64,000 nucleotides of DNA, taken from assembly GCA_024653345.1 (NCBI GenBank), contig JANLFV010000001.1, forward strand, positions 9,179 through 73,178, written 5' to 3'. The position numbers and the translations under genes are program-made. Shown piece after piece: positions 46,208 to 56,521 of this stretch. How positions within the stretch are numbered: position 1 is the stretch's first letter; every line of letters begins with the position of its first letter. Under the pieces are notes generated by a model. That model did no database searches and was not told the origin of the DNA. It saw only the letters and a program-made list of their open reading frames with translations. This DNA comes from Candidatus Acetothermia bacterium (GTDB lineage Bacteria > Bipolaricaulota > Bipolaricaulia > RBG-16-55-9 > JANLFV01).

Positions 46208-47251
46208 ATGGAAGACCTGGACTTACTGAGGAGATTGTCCGATGCCTTCGGGGTCTCGGGCTTCGAGGGCGAGGTTCGGGATGTGATCAGGGGGCTGATC
46301 GAGCCCTTGGCCGATGAGCTGCGGGTCGATCCCCTGGGGAACCTGATCGCGTCCAAGCGCGGGAAGAGCAGCTTCAAGCTGATGCTCGACGCCCACATGG
46401 ACGAGATCGGCCTGATGGTGAGCTATATCGAGGAGGAGGGCTATCTCCGGTTCACGCCCCTCGGCGGCTGGGACGAGCGGATCATCCCGGCCCAGGCGGT
46501 GACGATCCAGACTCGCGAGCGGCGGAAGGTCCCCGGAGTGATCGGGAGCGCTCCGCCGCACATCCTCAAGAAGGAGGAGCAAGAGCGTCCGATCAGGGTC
46601 GACGAGATGTTCATCGACATCGGCGCTAGCTCCCGCCGGGAGGTTGAGGAGCAGGGGATCAGGATCGGCGACGCCGTGGTGATCCACTATCCCTTCGCGC
46701 AGCTGAACGAGACCTGTGTTCGGGGTAAGGCGCTCGACGATCGGGCCGGCTGCGCCGTGCTCATCAAGGTCCTCGAAGCGGTCCACGATCAGGAGCTCGA
46801 TTTCACCCTGGTCTGCAACTTCGCCGTCGGGGAGGAGGTCGGCCTCCGCGGGGCCCGGACGGCGGCCTATCAGATCGAGCCGGACCTGGCGATCGCGGTC
46901 GAGGGGACGATCGGGGCAGATATGCCCGGCGTGGCCAAGCACAGGCAGCCGGTAGCGCTCGGGCGCGGCCCGGCCCTCACCGTGGCCGACCGGTCGATCA
47001 TCGTGAACCGCGAGCTCCTCGAGGCCCTGGAGCGGACGGCCAAAGAGAATAACATCCCCTACCAATACAAGCTCCCGGTCTACGGCGGGACTGATGCGGG
47101 GGAGATCCACCTCTCGCGAGGCGGAGTCCGGGCCGCTGTCGTCTCCGTCTCCTGCCGCTACATCCACTCGCCCCACACCTTGATGCGCCTCGACGACTTT
47201 GCCCAGACCGTGAAACTGATCAGGGCCTTCATCCAGAGCTACAGGGTCTAG
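46208..47251 (+). CDS. M42-family aminopeptidase (second paralogue)
   Basis: DAHMDEIG, KALDDRAG, EEVGLRGA, GGTDAG, RYIHSP. Confidence 0.93.
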   Translation: MEDLDLLRRLSDAFGVSGFEGEVRDVIRGLIEPLADELRVDPLGNLIASKRGKSSFKLMLDAHMDEIGLMVSYIEEEGYLRFTPLGGWDERIIPAQAVTIQTRERRKVPGVIGSAPPHILKKEEQERPIRVDEMFIDIGASSRREVEEQGIRIGDAVVIHYPFAQLNETCVRGKALDDRAGCAVLIKVLEAVHDQELDFTLVCNFAVGEEVGLRGARTAAYQIEPDLAIAVEGTIGADMPGVAKHRQPVALGRGPALTVADRSIIVNRELLEALERTAKENNIPYQYKLPVYGGTDAGEIHLSRGGVRAAVVSVSCRYIHSPHTLMRLDDFAQTVKLIRAFIQSYRV

Positions 47252-48009
47252 GGACTGAGTCCAGCCAAGAACTCCCGGAGCACGCGGCTCAATTCATCGG
47301 GCTGCTCGAGCATCACCATGTGGCCTGCCCCCTCGATGATGCGGAGAGTCGCGTTGGGAATGTGATCCCGCAGGTATTCCGAGTATCTTGGCGGGGTCAG
47401 TCTGTCCGCGCTCCCGCAGACGATCAGCGCCGGCATCTTCACCCGGTCGAGCTTGTCCATCACGTCGAAGGAGTTGCATGTCAAGAAGTCACGCTGGAGC
47501 GCCCGCTGGCCGTTCTTCAGCATCTGCCGCCGGGCCCGCTCGCGGATCTTCCGATCGGCCGTGGGACCGAAGGCCAGGGTCAGGATCAGCTCGACCGCCG
47601 CTGTCCAGTCCCTCTCCAGCAACTCCAACAGCTGAGGGAGGACACGGAGCCGAGCGCCCGTTCCGACAAGTCCGATGGCCCTCACTCTTTCGGGATGCCA
47701 CAGGGCCGTCTTCAGGACCACCGCCCCGCCGAGCGAGTGGCCGACGAGGAAGGTGCGGGGCGAGAGCCGCTCCAGCACCGCGAGCAAGTCCTCGGTGTAG
47801 GTCGCTAGGCCGTCGCCCTCTCTCCAGGTGCTCTGCCCGTGGCCGTTCAGGTCTACGGAGGCCACTGAGAACCCATCGCGAAGCGCCTTCACCTGCAGGC
47901 TCCAGAGCGTATGGTCCGCACCGGAGCCGTGAACCAGCAAGATGTCCTGCGCCCCCCGCCCGCTGAGGGAGAAGTGGAGCTTGCCCCTGTGAAGCTCGAT
48001 CGTCGGCAT
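47248..48009 (-). CDS. Alpha/beta hydrolase
   Basis: VHGSG, DLNGHG, GHSLGG, D.LTP, AGHM. Confidence 0.92.
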   Translation of the reverse strand: MPTIELHRGKLHFSLSGRGAQDILLVHGSGADHTLWSLQVKALRDGFSVASVDLNGHGQSTWREGDGLATYTEDLLAVLERLSPRTFLVGHSLGGAVVLKTALWHPERVRAIGLVGTGARLRVLPQLLELLERDWTAAVELILTLAFGPTADRKIRERARRQMLKNGQRALQRDFLTCNSFDVMDKLDRVKMPALIVCGSADRLTPPRYSEYLRDHIPNATLRIIEGAGHMVMLEQPDELSRVLREFLAGLSP

Positions 48010-48152
48010 TGCCGCTGGCGATTATCGCTCAAGGCAGTTCCACTGGGCAAACGCGCTCGATGTCCCTCACCGGAACGGCTGTTCGGTCAATCACCTAACC
48101 CGACGACGCGGTGACCCTCGCGCCTCGAGGGAGGCCTGTGCTATAATCCTCC

Positions 48153-50135
48153 GTGATGGAATTCCGGTTGGAATCGGATTTCGGCCCGCGGGGGGACCAG
48201 CCGAAGGCGATCGCCCGACTGGTCGAGGGGCTCGAGGCCGGCCTCCGGCACCAGACCTTGCTTGGGGTCACGGGCTCGGGAAAGACTTACACCATCACTA
48301 ATGTGATCGCCCGGGTCCAGAGGCCGACCCTCGTGATCGCCCACAACAAGACCCTCGCGGCCCAGCTCTGCAGCGAGTTCCGCCAGTTCTTCCCCAAGAA
48401 CGCGGTCCACTACTTCGTGAGCTACTATGACTACTACCAGCCGGAGGCCTACATCCCCCAGACCGATACTTATATTGCCAAGGACGCCTCGATCAACGAG
48501 GAGATCGACCGCTTGCGTCACGCCGCCACGAGCGCCCTCTTCGAGCGCCGGGATGTGATCATCGTCGCCAGCGTCTCCTGCATCTATGGCCTGGGGCCGC
48601 CCGAGGCCTACCGGGCGATGAGCCTGACCCTGAGGAAGGGGGAGGAGCACGATCGCGATTCCATCTTAAGGAGGCTGGTCGAGCTCCAGTATGTGCGGAA
48701 CGACCTCGGCTTCAAGCGGGGGACCTTCCGCGTCCGGGGGGACACGATCGAGCTGATCCCGATCTACGGCGAGCGGATCATCCGGCTCGAGCTCTTCGGG
48801 GACGAGCTGGAGCGGCTCCTCGAGCTAGACCCGATCACTGGCCGCTTGCTTGAGGAGCACGAGACGCTCACGATCTATCCCGCCTCCCACTTCGTCACCC
48901 CCAGGGAGCGGCTCGAGCGGGCCATAAGCTCGATCGAGGCCGAACTGGAGGAGCGGCTCGCCTACTTCCGGAAGCGGGGGAAGCTCCTCGAGGCCGAGCG
49001 GCTGGAGATGCGGACCCGCTACGACCTCGAGATGATCCGCGAGCTGGGCTACTGCTCGGGGATTGAGAACTACTCGAGGCACCTCGACGGCCGGGCCCCG
49101 GGCGAGCCGCCCTGGACGCTGCTCGACTACTTCCCGAAGGACTTCCTTTTGGTGATCGACGAGTCCCACCAGACGATCCCCCAGCTCCACGGGATGTTCA
49201 ACGGCGACCGCTCAAGGAAGGAGACCCTGATCGAGCACGGCTTCCGGCTCCCGAGCGCCCTGGACAACCGGCCGCTCAAGTTCGAGGAGTTCGAGCAGAA
49301 GATCAATCAGGTGATCTACACCTCCGCAACACCGGGGCCATACGAGCTCAAAGTGAGCGAAGTTCTCGTGGAGCAGATCATCCGCCCCACCGGGCTGGTC
49401 GACCCTGAGGTCGTGGTCCGGCCGGTCGAGGACCAGGTGGACGACCTGATCAACGAGGTCCGCGAGGTGGCCCGCCGGGGCGAACGGGCCCTGGTGACGA
49501 CCCTCACCAAGCGGATGGCCGAGGACCTCACCGATTACCTGGTCGACCTCGGGCTCCGGGCCCGCTACCTCCACTCTGAGATCGAGACCCTCGACCGGGT
49601 CGAGATCCTGAGGGACCTGAGGCTGGGAGAGTTCGATGTCCTGGTGGGGATCAACCTCTTGCGCGAGGGGCTGGACCTCCCCGAGGTCTCCTTAGTCACG
49701 ATCCTCGACGCGGACAAGGAGGGCTTCCTCCGGAGCGAGACCTCCTTGATCCAGACGATCGGCCGGGCGGCCAGGAATGTCCGAGGCCGGGTGATCCTCT
49801 ACGCCGACAACCTCACCGACTCGATCCAGCAGGCCATCGCGGAGACCGAGCGGCGGCGCCGGATCCAGCTCGAATACAACCAGCAGCATGGGATCACCCC
49901 GGAGACGATCAAGAAGGCCGTCCGGGACATCCTCCAGGGGCTCCGCGAGGAGGAGCCTCCGAAGGTGAAGGCCAAACCCACAGCGAGGCCGCTCGCCCCG
50001 CACGAGGTGACCGAGCTGATCGCCGAGCTGGAACAGGAGATGTTCGCGGCCGCAAGGAAGCTGGAGTTCGAGCGGGCCGCGGCCCTGCGGGATGAGATCA
50101 AGGAGCTAAGGAAAGAACTGATCGGCCTCGCTTGA
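48153..50135 (+). CDS. uvrB: Excinuclease ABC subunit B
   Basis: [46 protein letters not shown]. Confidence 0.98.
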   Translation: MMEFRLESDFGPRGDQPKAIARLVEGLEAGLRHQTLLGVTGSGKTYTITNVIARVQRPTLVIAHNKTLAAQLCSEFRQFFPKNAVHYFVSYYDYYQPEAYIPQTDTYIAKDASINEEIDRLRHAATSALFERRDVIIVASVSCIYGLGPPEAYRAMSLTLRKGEEHDRDSILRRLVELQYVRNDLGFKRGTFRVRGDTIELIPIYGERIIRLELFGDELERLLELDPITGRLLEEHETLTIYPASHFVTPRERLERAISSIEAELEERLAYFRKRGKLLEAERLEMRTRYDLEMIRELGYCSGIENYSRHLDGRAPGEPPWTLLDYFPKDFLLVIDESHQTIPQLHGMFNGDRSRKETLIEHGFRLPSALDNRPLKFEEFEQKINQVIYTSATPGPYELKVSEVLVEQIIRPTGLVDPEVVVRPVEDQVDDLINEVREVARRGERALVTTLTKRMAEDLTDYLVDLGLRARYLHSEIETLDRVEILRDLRLGEFDVLVGINLLREGLDLPEVSLVTILDADKEGFLRSETSLIQTIGRAARNVRGRVILYADNLTDSIQQAIAETERRRRIQLEYNQQHGITPETIKKAVRDILQGLREEEPPKVKAKPTARPLAPHEVTELIAELEQEMFAAARKLEFERAAALRDEIKELRKELIGLA

Positions 50136-50145
50136 GGCAGCTCGC

Positions 50146-50562
50146 TCAGCTCAGTCCAGCCCAGAGCGATTCGCGGAAGACCTCCTGGATCTCACCCATC
50201 TCGTCTTGGATCATCGCGGGCGTGGCTTGCCCGAGCAGGGCCTTGAGGTAGGTCTCGCGCGTCAGCCCATGGCTCGGGTTCCCCGCGCAGATGTAGCCAC
50301 TCACCTGCCTGTAAGGCGAGAAATACAGGTGGTAGAAGAACCGCTCGTGCCGCCTCAGGAAGCGCTGCACTCCCCGCAGGCGGAGGAAGACCCGGAGCGG
50401 CGAGCGCTGGAGAAGCGAGAGCGCAAGCTTCGGCTGAGCGATCGCGCTCGGGGAGCGGATCAACACCCTCCCCTCTTCCATCCTCACCTGTTGCCCCTGC
50501 CTTGCACAGAGGGGGCAGTAAAGAGCCTTCCCTCCGCCGTCACCGCCGATCATGATCTCCAT
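50146..50562 (-). CDS. Hypothetical protein with split zinc-ribbon-like ligands
   Basis: SD AGGAG; YCPLC near the N-terminus and YIC..NPSH later; directly follows pgk. Confidence 0.6.
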   Translation of the reverse strand: MEIMIGGDGGGKALYCPLCARQGQQVRMEEGRVLIRSPSAIAQPKLALSLLQRSPLRVFLRLRGVQRFLRRHERFFYHLYFSPYRQVSGYICAGNPSHGLTRETYLKALLGQATPAMIQDEMGEIQEVFRESLWAGLS

Positions 50563-50573
50563 CTCTCCTCCTG

Positions 50574-51761
50574 TTATTGAAGTCGAAGCGGCTCGACCGC
50601 CGGGAGCTCCTTGCCCCTGAGGAAATGGAGCATGGCCCCCCCGCCGGTCGAGATGAAGCCCATCTTCTTCGCCAGGCCGAGCTGTTCGACCGCGGCGGCT
50701 GTCTCGCCCCCGCCGATGACCGAGAAGGCCGGGGCCTTGGCCAGCGCCTCGGCCACGGCTTTCGTCCCCCCACTAAACTGGGGCAGTTCGAAGGCCCCGA
50801 GCGGCCCGGTCCAGAGGACCGTCCGGGCCTCGCGGACCCGTCGGGCGAACTCCGCGGCTGTCTCCGGCCCGATATCCAGCCCTATCCAGCCCGAGGGGAT
50901 TCGCTCCGCCTCAGCAACGGCTGCCTCCGCTTGGGGGCTCGCTTCCCGAGCGATTCTCACATCCCGCGGCAGGACGACCGTCACCCCACGCCGCTGAGCC
51001 TCGTCCAGAAATCTCTTAGCTTCAGCGAGCTGCGATTCGTCGACGATCGATCTCCCCACATCGTGCCCTTGGACCTTGAGGAAGGTGAAGGCCACCCCGC
51101 CGCCGATGAGGAAGGCATCGACCTTCCCCAAGAGGTCGAACAGGACCCCGATCTTGTCCTCAGCCTTCTTCCCCCCGACGATTGCGAGGAACGGCCGCTG
51201 GGGATTATCGCGGAGGCGCGAGAGATTCTTGATCTCCTGCTCCATGAGGAGCCCAGCGGCGCTGGGGAGGAGCCGGGCCACGCCGTAGTTCGAGGCGTGC
51301 TTCCGATGGGCCGTTCCGAAGGCATCGTCGACATAGACCTCGGCCAGCTTGGCCAGGGCCCGGGCGAACTCCGGGTCGTTCGCCTCCTCGCCCTCGTGGA
51401 ACCGGAGGTTCTCTAACAGGACCACCTCGCCAGGGCTCATCCGGGCCACTGCCTGCTCGACCTCGGGGCCGATGCAATCATCGAGCTTCCTCACCGGCCT
51501 AGCGAGCAGCTCGCTCAGCCGGGCCGCGACCGGTGTGAGCCGGAGCTCTTCCACGACCCTCCCCTCGGGCCGCCCAAGGTGGGAGGTGAGGATCGTCTTC
51601 GCCCGGTGCTCGATCAAGTAATTGATTGTGGGGAGGGCCTCGCGGATCCGCTTGTCATTGGCCACCTTCCCGGCCTGGAGCGGCACATTGAAGTCAACCC
51701 GCACGAGGACCCTCTTCCTTTCAACATTAAGGTCGCGCAGCCCCCGAAGTATCTCCGTCAC
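50574..51761 (-). CDS. pgk: Phosphoglycerate kinase
   Basis: RVDFNVP, SHLGRP, LLENLRF, DAFGTAHR, STGGGA; start likely GTG 51761. Confidence 0.97.
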   Translation of the reverse strand: MTEILRGLRDLNVERKRVLVRVDFNVPLQAGKVANDKRIREALPTINYLIEHRAKTILTSHLGRPEGRVVEELRLTPVAARLSELLARPVRKLDDCIGPEVEQAVARMSPGEVVLLENLRFHEGEEANDPEFARALAKLAEVYVDDAFGTAHRKHASNYGVARLLPSAAGLLMEQEIKNLSRLRDNPQRPFLAIVGGKKAEDKIGVLFDLLGKVDAFLIGGGVAFTFLKVQGHDVGRSIVDESQLAEAKRFLDEAQRRGVTVVLPRDVRIAREASPQAEAAVAEAERIPSGWIGLDIGPETAAEFARRVREARTVLWTGPLGAFELPQFSGGTKAVAEALAKAPAFSVIGGGETAAAVEQLGLAKKMGFISTGGGAMLHFLRGKELPAVEPLRLQ

Positions 51762-51848
51762 CTTGCCGGAGGATAGCAAATCCCGCGCGGGGCTGTCAAC
51801 TGACTTGCAGTCCTTGCGGGACCGGGCTTACAATTGGCCGGTGGTCCG

Positions 51849-52706
51849 ATGGTCCGAAGGGGTCTAGTCGCTCTGGCAGTCGTTCTCTTCTCCGCCTGGG
51901 GTGCCCTCGCCCAGCCACCTGAATTCCAGGCGTTCCTCCAGCGCCTCAAGGAAGCTTATGTTGACCTGCAGGACCTTCAGGCAACCGTGACCATCGTCAA
52001 GCTGACCCCTCAAGGGAAGGAGAAGCTGGAAAGCCGGGTCAGGATCGGGACCTTGGTGAAGCAGAAGGTCCTCCGCCTCGAATTCCTCGAGCCTGCCGAC
52101 TTGCGCGGCCAGGTCTTCACCCTCGACGGCTACCTCCTCTCACAATACCTCCCGGTGAACAATCTGATCGTGATCCAGGAGATCACAGCGCAGCATCCGC
52201 TCTATCCGCTGCTGGAATTCCTCAATTTCGATCTGGAAGGGATCGTCGCCCGCCTCCAGGAGGAGCGCTTCGCGCTAGGCATCTCTCAACAGCTCACCTC
52301 AGCGAGCCTGATGACCGAGCTTGATCTGCAGAACACGGTCGCGGCCCTCGCCCGCGGCCAGGCCGTCGAGCCGACGGCCATCGGCCTCTCCTTGGAGCGA
52401 GTCCACTACGGAATGGAAGACTTCCCTTTCAGCCTCACGGTGAGCAGCTGGAAGATGGGCGATTACCTCCTTGAGGCGAGCTCGCAGCAGGAGGGGCTGC
52501 TGAGCCAGGAGTTCATCTGGATCGACCCATTGGATCTCATCCCGCGCCGCGTGGAGATCCATCTGGTCCGCCAGCTCGAGGGGAAGGTGAAGGAGGAGGT
52601 CACGACATATCTTGTCAATGAGATTCAGCTTAACCGCGGGGTGACCGAGGGAGCACTCCTCGCGCTGCCCAAAGATGCCAAGATAATCCGGGCCTCCGCC
52701 AAGTGA
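51849..52706 (+). CDS. LolA-like exported protein with internal insertion
   Basis: Signal peptide; LRLEFLEP..LRGQVFTLDG..LSQYLP..N; IWID....PRRVE; C-terminal N.G....LP.DA. Confidence 0.65.
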   Translation: MVRRGLVALAVVLFSAWGALAQPPEFQAFLQRLKEAYVDLQDLQATVTIVKLTPQGKEKLESRVRIGTLVKQKVLRLEFLEPADLRGQVFTLDGYLLSQYLPVNNLIVIQEITAQHPLYPLLEFLNFDLEGIVARLQEERFALGISQQLTSASLMTELDLQNTVAALARGQAVEPTAIGLSLERVHYGMEDFPFSLTVSSWKMGDYLLEASSQQEGLLSQEFIWIDPLDLIPRRVEIHLVRQLEGKVKEEVTTYLVNEIQLNRGVTEGALLALPKDAKIIRASAK

Positions 52707-52735
52707 GGCCGCGCGAGCGCTCCCAATCGCTGGAC

Positions 52736-53224
52736 CTACTGGCTCAAGCGCTTGAACTCAGCCAGATCCATCTTCTCCACGAACTGCTTGAACTGCTCTC
52801 GCTCCTCATCGTCCTCTGCCAGGGGCAGTTCGATGGCCGAGGCTTCGAAGACCTCGTCTGAGATGTAGATCGGGCTGTTCATGCGCAGCGCCAGGGCTAC
52901 AGTGTCCGACGGTCGGGCATCCAGCTCCTGGACGTTCCCCTCGCTGTCTTGGATGAAGATCGTGGCATAGTAAGTGCCGTCCTGGATATGGTCGATGATC
53001 ACCTTCTCCACCTCTCCCCCGAGCGCGATGATCGCCTCCTTCAGGAGATCGTGGGTCAGGGGGCGGGGGAAGGTCTTGTTCTGGAGCTCCATGGCAATGG
53101 CGGTAGCTTCGGGGTTCCCGATCCAGACGGGCACGACCATGTCGGACTGACGGTCCTTCAGCAAGATGACCGGCGAGTTATGGACGGGATCGACCAAGAG
53201 CGCCTTTATCTCCACCTCGTGCAT
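52736..53224 (-). CDS. Bifunctional nuclease (DUF151)
   Basis: PVWIG..EA.AI, RPLTHDL, LDARPSD..ALA. Confidence 0.93.
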   Translation of the reverse strand: MHEVEIKALLVDPVHNSPVILLKDRQSDMVVPVWIGNPEATAIAMELQNKTFPRPLTHDLLKEAIIALGGEVEKVIIDHIQDGTYYATIFIQDSEGNVQELDARPSDTVALALRMNSPIYISDEVFEASAIELPLAEDDEEREQFKQFVEKMDLAEFKRLSQ

Positions 53225-53362
53225 CCGTGCAAACCTCCTCTCGATCTCAGAGCTTGAGCGCTGCCATTATAACAGGGCCGGGAAGCCTTGACAAATCCAG
53301 GGGACCCAGGCCCTTGGATCGCAACTGATGGCCTGCTATACTCCTCCTGAAGGAGGGCGAAG

Positions 53363-55189
53363 GTGTGCGGGATCGTCGGCTATGTCGGGAGGGGGCGGGC
53401 GAAGGAGATCCTCCTAGAGAGCCTGCGGCGGCTGGAATACCGGGGCTACGACTCCGCAGGGCTGGCCCTAATCGAGGACGGGGAGCTCCTGATCTTCAAG
53501 CGGGCGGGGAAGGTCGCGGAGCTCGAGAGGATGGTCGCAAGCAGCGATTTCCGGGCCAGCTTGGGCATTGGTCATTCGAGATGGGCCACCCACGGCCGCC
53601 CGACGGACGAGAATGCCCACCCCCACCGGGACTGCCAGGGGCGGCTGGCGGTGATCCACAACGGGATCATCGAGAACTACCTCCCGCTCAAGAAGGAGCT
53701 CCAGGCTCGAGGGCATAGGTTCGCCTCCGAGACCGACACCGAGGTCCTGGCCCACCTCTTCGAGGAGCACTACGACGGTGACTTAGAGAAGGCCGTCCGG
53801 GCGGGCCTGAAGAGGGTGAAGGGGGCCTTCGCCATCGCCGTGATCGCCAAGGACGCGGAGGAGATCGTGGCCGCCAGGGTCGGGAGCCCGCTGGTGATCG
53901 GCCTGGGGGAGGGGGAGAACTTCCTCGCCTCCGACATACCCGCCATCCTCCCCTACACCCGGAAGATGCTCTTCCTCAACGACGGTGAGATGGCGGTCCT
54001 CACCGCCTCCGGGGTGAGGCTCATCACCTTCTCCGGGGAGGCGATCACGCGCGAGCCGCGCCAGATCGACTGGGACCCCGTGACGGCCCAGAAGGGCGGC
54101 TACAAGCACTTCATGCTCAAGGAGATCCACGAGCAGCCCCAGGCGGTCGAGGACACCATCCGTGGGCGCTACTCCCTCGATGAAGGGGAGGTCTTCCTCG
54201 AGGAGCTGGCCCTCTCCGGCCGGAAGGCCAAAGAGATCAGGAATATCTACCTTCTGGCCTGCGGAACCTCCTTCTACGCCGGATTGGTGGCCAAATACCT
54301 CTGGCAGAATTGGCTTAAGCTCCCGATCGGGGCCGAGCTCGGCTCGGAGTTCCGCTACAGCGACCCCTACATCGACGAAAAGACCCTGGTCGTCGCGATC
54401 TCCCAGTCCGGTGAGACGGCCGACACGCTCGCAGGAGTCCGGAAGGCAAGAGAGCGCGGCGCGACGGTCATCGCCGTCGCCAATGTCGTCGGCTCCTCGA
54501 TCACCCGCGAGGCCGACGGCGTGGTCTACACCCACGCCGGGCCGGAGATCGGGGTGGCCTCGACCAAGACCTTCACGGCCCAGCTCGCGGCCCTGGCCCT
54601 CCTCGGGGTTTATTTGGGGAGGAAGCGGGGTGAGCTCTCACCGGCCCAGGCAAGGGAGGTCCTGAGTGGCCTCGCCTCCGGGCCGAGGCAGCTCGAGGCG
54701 ATCCTGAAAAAGGAGCCAGAGGTCCAGGCCCTGGCGAGGAGGTTCTACGATAAGCCGGACTTCCTCTTCCTCGGGCGGGATATCCTCCACCCGATTGCGC
54801 TCGAGGGGGCCCTAAAGCTGAAGGAGATCTCCTACATCCACGCCGAGGGCTACGCCGCTGGGGAGATGAAGCACGGCCCGATCGCGCTCATCGACGAGGA
54901 GATGCCGGTGGTCGTCCTCGTGACCAAGAATTCCGTTTATGACAAGGTCTTCGCCAACATCGAGGAGGTCAAGGCCCGGAAGGGGATCGTCCTCGCCTTC
55001 ACCGATGAGCTGAACCCTGAGATCGAGCAGGTGGCCGACCAGATCTTCGAGGTCCCCCAGACGCCGGAGGTCCTGACCCCGATGGTCTTCGTGGTCCCCC
55101 TCCAGCTTCTGGCCTACCACATCGGGGTGCTGCGCGGGACCGATGTCGACCAGCCCCGGAACCTGGCGAAGTCCGTGACCGTCGAATGA
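53363..55189 (+). CDS. glmS: Glutamine--fructose-6-phosphate transaminase
   Basis: MCGIVG, LEYRGYDSAG, HSRWATHG, SQSGET, PRNLAKSVTVE. Confidence 0.98.
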   Translation: MCGIVGYVGRGRAKEILLESLRRLEYRGYDSAGLALIEDGELLIFKRAGKVAELERMVASSDFRASLGIGHSRWATHGRPTDENAHPHRDCQGRLAVIHNGIIENYLPLKKELQARGHRFASETDTEVLAHLFEEHYDGDLEKAVRAGLKRVKGAFAIAVIAKDAEEIVAARVGSPLVIGLGEGENFLASDIPAILPYTRKMLFLNDGEMAVLTASGVRLITFSGEAITREPRQIDWDPVTAQKGGYKHFMLKEIHEQPQAVEDTIRGRYSLDEGEVFLEELALSGRKAKEIRNIYLLACGTSFYAGLVAKYLWQNWLKLPIGAELGSEFRYSDPYIDEKTLVVAISQSGETADTLAGVRKARERGATVIAVANVVGSSITREADGVVYTHAGPEIGVASTKTFTAQLAALALLGVYLGRKRGELSPAQAREVLSGLASGPRQLEAILKKEPEVQALARRFYDKPDFLFLGRDILHPIALEGALKLKEISYIHAEGYAAGEMKHGPIALIDEEMPVVVLVTKNSVYDKVFANIEEVKARKGIVLAFTDELNPEIEQVADQIFEVPQTPEVLTPMVFVVPLQLLAYHIGVLRGTDVDQPRNLAKSVTVE

Positions 55190-55244
55190 ACCTCCCCCGC
55201 CCCTCCCCCGACAGACCTTCCGAGCCATGAGATGAGGAGTGGCC

Positions 55245-55784
55245 ATGGGGGATGAGCCTGAGCGGGGGCTCATCGCGCGGATTGCGGACGGTGATCGGGA
55301 GGCGTGGGGCCGGCTCTTCCAGTGCTACGCCGGGCAGATCTACCGCTATGCGCTGACAATGGTCCGGGAACAGGCTCTAGCGGAGGAAGTGGTCCAGGAG
55401 ACAATGCTAGCCATCTGGAGGGGGGCGAAGGTCTTCCGCGGCGAGGGGAGGCCCTCGACCTGGATCCTGGGGATCGCGCGGCATAAGGCGCTCGATAAGC
55501 TCCGCCAGGAGCAGCAGAGCGCCCAAGCCCGAGCTGAGGAGGCCGAGCCCAAGGGCGAGATCGAGCCGGAGCGGGAAGCGGCGAGGCAGCTCTTGGGGGA
55601 GCAGGTCCGCGCGGCATTGGAGAAGCTCCCGGCGGAGCAGCGCGAGACGGTGGTCCTGGCCTTCTACCATGGCCTCTCTTACCAAGAGATCGCCAGACTC
55701 GTGGGCTGCCCCGAGGGGACGGTGAAGAGCCGGATGTTCTACGCCAAGGAGCGGCTACGAGCGCTCTTGGAGGAAGGGCGATGA
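55245..55784 (+). CDS. ECF sigma factor
   Basis: AEEVVQETML.IW, TWILGIARHKALD, GLSYQEIA...GTVKSR. Confidence 0.93.
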   Translation: MGDEPERGLIARIADGDREAWGRLFQCYAGQIYRYALTMVREQALAEEVVQETMLAIWRGAKVFRGEGRPSTWILGIARHKALDKLRQEQQSAQARAEEAEPKGEIEPEREAARQLLGEQVRAALEKLPAEQRETVVLAFYHGLSYQEIARLVGCPEGTVKSRMFYAKERLRALLEEGR

Positions 55785-56218
55785 GGCTCGGTCTGCGAAG
55801 CTGCCGGAAGATCCGTAAGCTGCTCCCATGGTATGTCAACGGGACCCTGGTGGGTGAGGAGCTAGCAGGGGTCGAGGGCCATCTCCGCCGCTGCCGGAGG
55901 TGCCTCGCCGAGGTCGAGGATCTGCGGAGGCTGCAGGCCGGCCTAGTCCAGGCCCTGGAGGAGGCCGGGCCCGCTGATGCCGAGGGGCTCCTGGACAAGA
56001 CCCTGGCCCTCATCGAGGCAGAAGAGAAACTGGAGGAGCAACTGCTTAGGCTCTTGGCCCTCCCGCGGGCGGAACGGCGCGAGCTGGGCCGGCTGAGCCT
56101 CGGCCTCTTCGTCCTGGGCTTCTCGTTGGGCATGGCTTACGAGCGCGGGCGGCTCCCGTTCGAGGCCGAGCTCTCGGCCCTGGGGCTCCCGCTCGCCAAG
56201 TTCAAGGGAAGAATCTAA
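55781..56218 (+). CDS. Zinc-finger (zf-HC2) anti-sigma factor
   Basis: C..IRKLLPWYVNG.L...HLRRCRRC; hydrophobic C-terminal segment; overlaps sigma stop. Confidence 0.88.
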   Translation: MRLGLRSCRKIRKLLPWYVNGTLVGEELAGVEGHLRRCRRCLAEVEDLRRLQAGLVQALEEAGPADAEGLLDKTLALIEAEEKLEEQLLRLLALPRAERRELGRLSLGLFVLGFSLGMAYERGRLPFEAELSALGLPLAKFKGRI

Positions 56219-56233
56219 CGAAAGGAGGCCCAG

Positions 56234-56512
56234 ATGATCTTGGACAAAGAGAACGAGATTCCCGATCCGGAGAAGATCGCTAAGATCTTGGATGCCGTGG
56301 CGGACAAGATCCCGGCGCTCTTGCGGGCGATCAGGGATACGGTCTACTCCAAGGAGGCGGGGGAGCACTTCGGCGAGGCCGTGGGGGCCTTCTACCGCAA
56401 GTTGGTCGAGCAGGGGATCCCCGCGGAGCAGGCGCTGGAGATGGCAAGAGGCTACATGATCAGCCTGCGGGACCTCGTCGGCCAATCGATGAAGCACTCG
56501 GAGAAAGAGTAG
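56234..56512 (+). CDS. Small helical hypothetical protein
   Basis: SD AAAGGAGG; 92 aa with FYRKLVEQGIP motif. Confidence 0.75.
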   Translation: MILDKENEIPDPEKIAKILDAVADKIPALLRAIRDTVYSKEAGEHFGEAVGAFYRKLVEQGIPAEQALEMARGYMISLRDLVGQSMKHSEKE

Positions 56513-56521
56513 CCAGCCCAG

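Noticed and set aside
53225-53362. glmS ribozyme
   Set aside because: The predicted -10 (TATACT 53337-53342) is only 20 nt from the start and the ribozyme core motifs are missing
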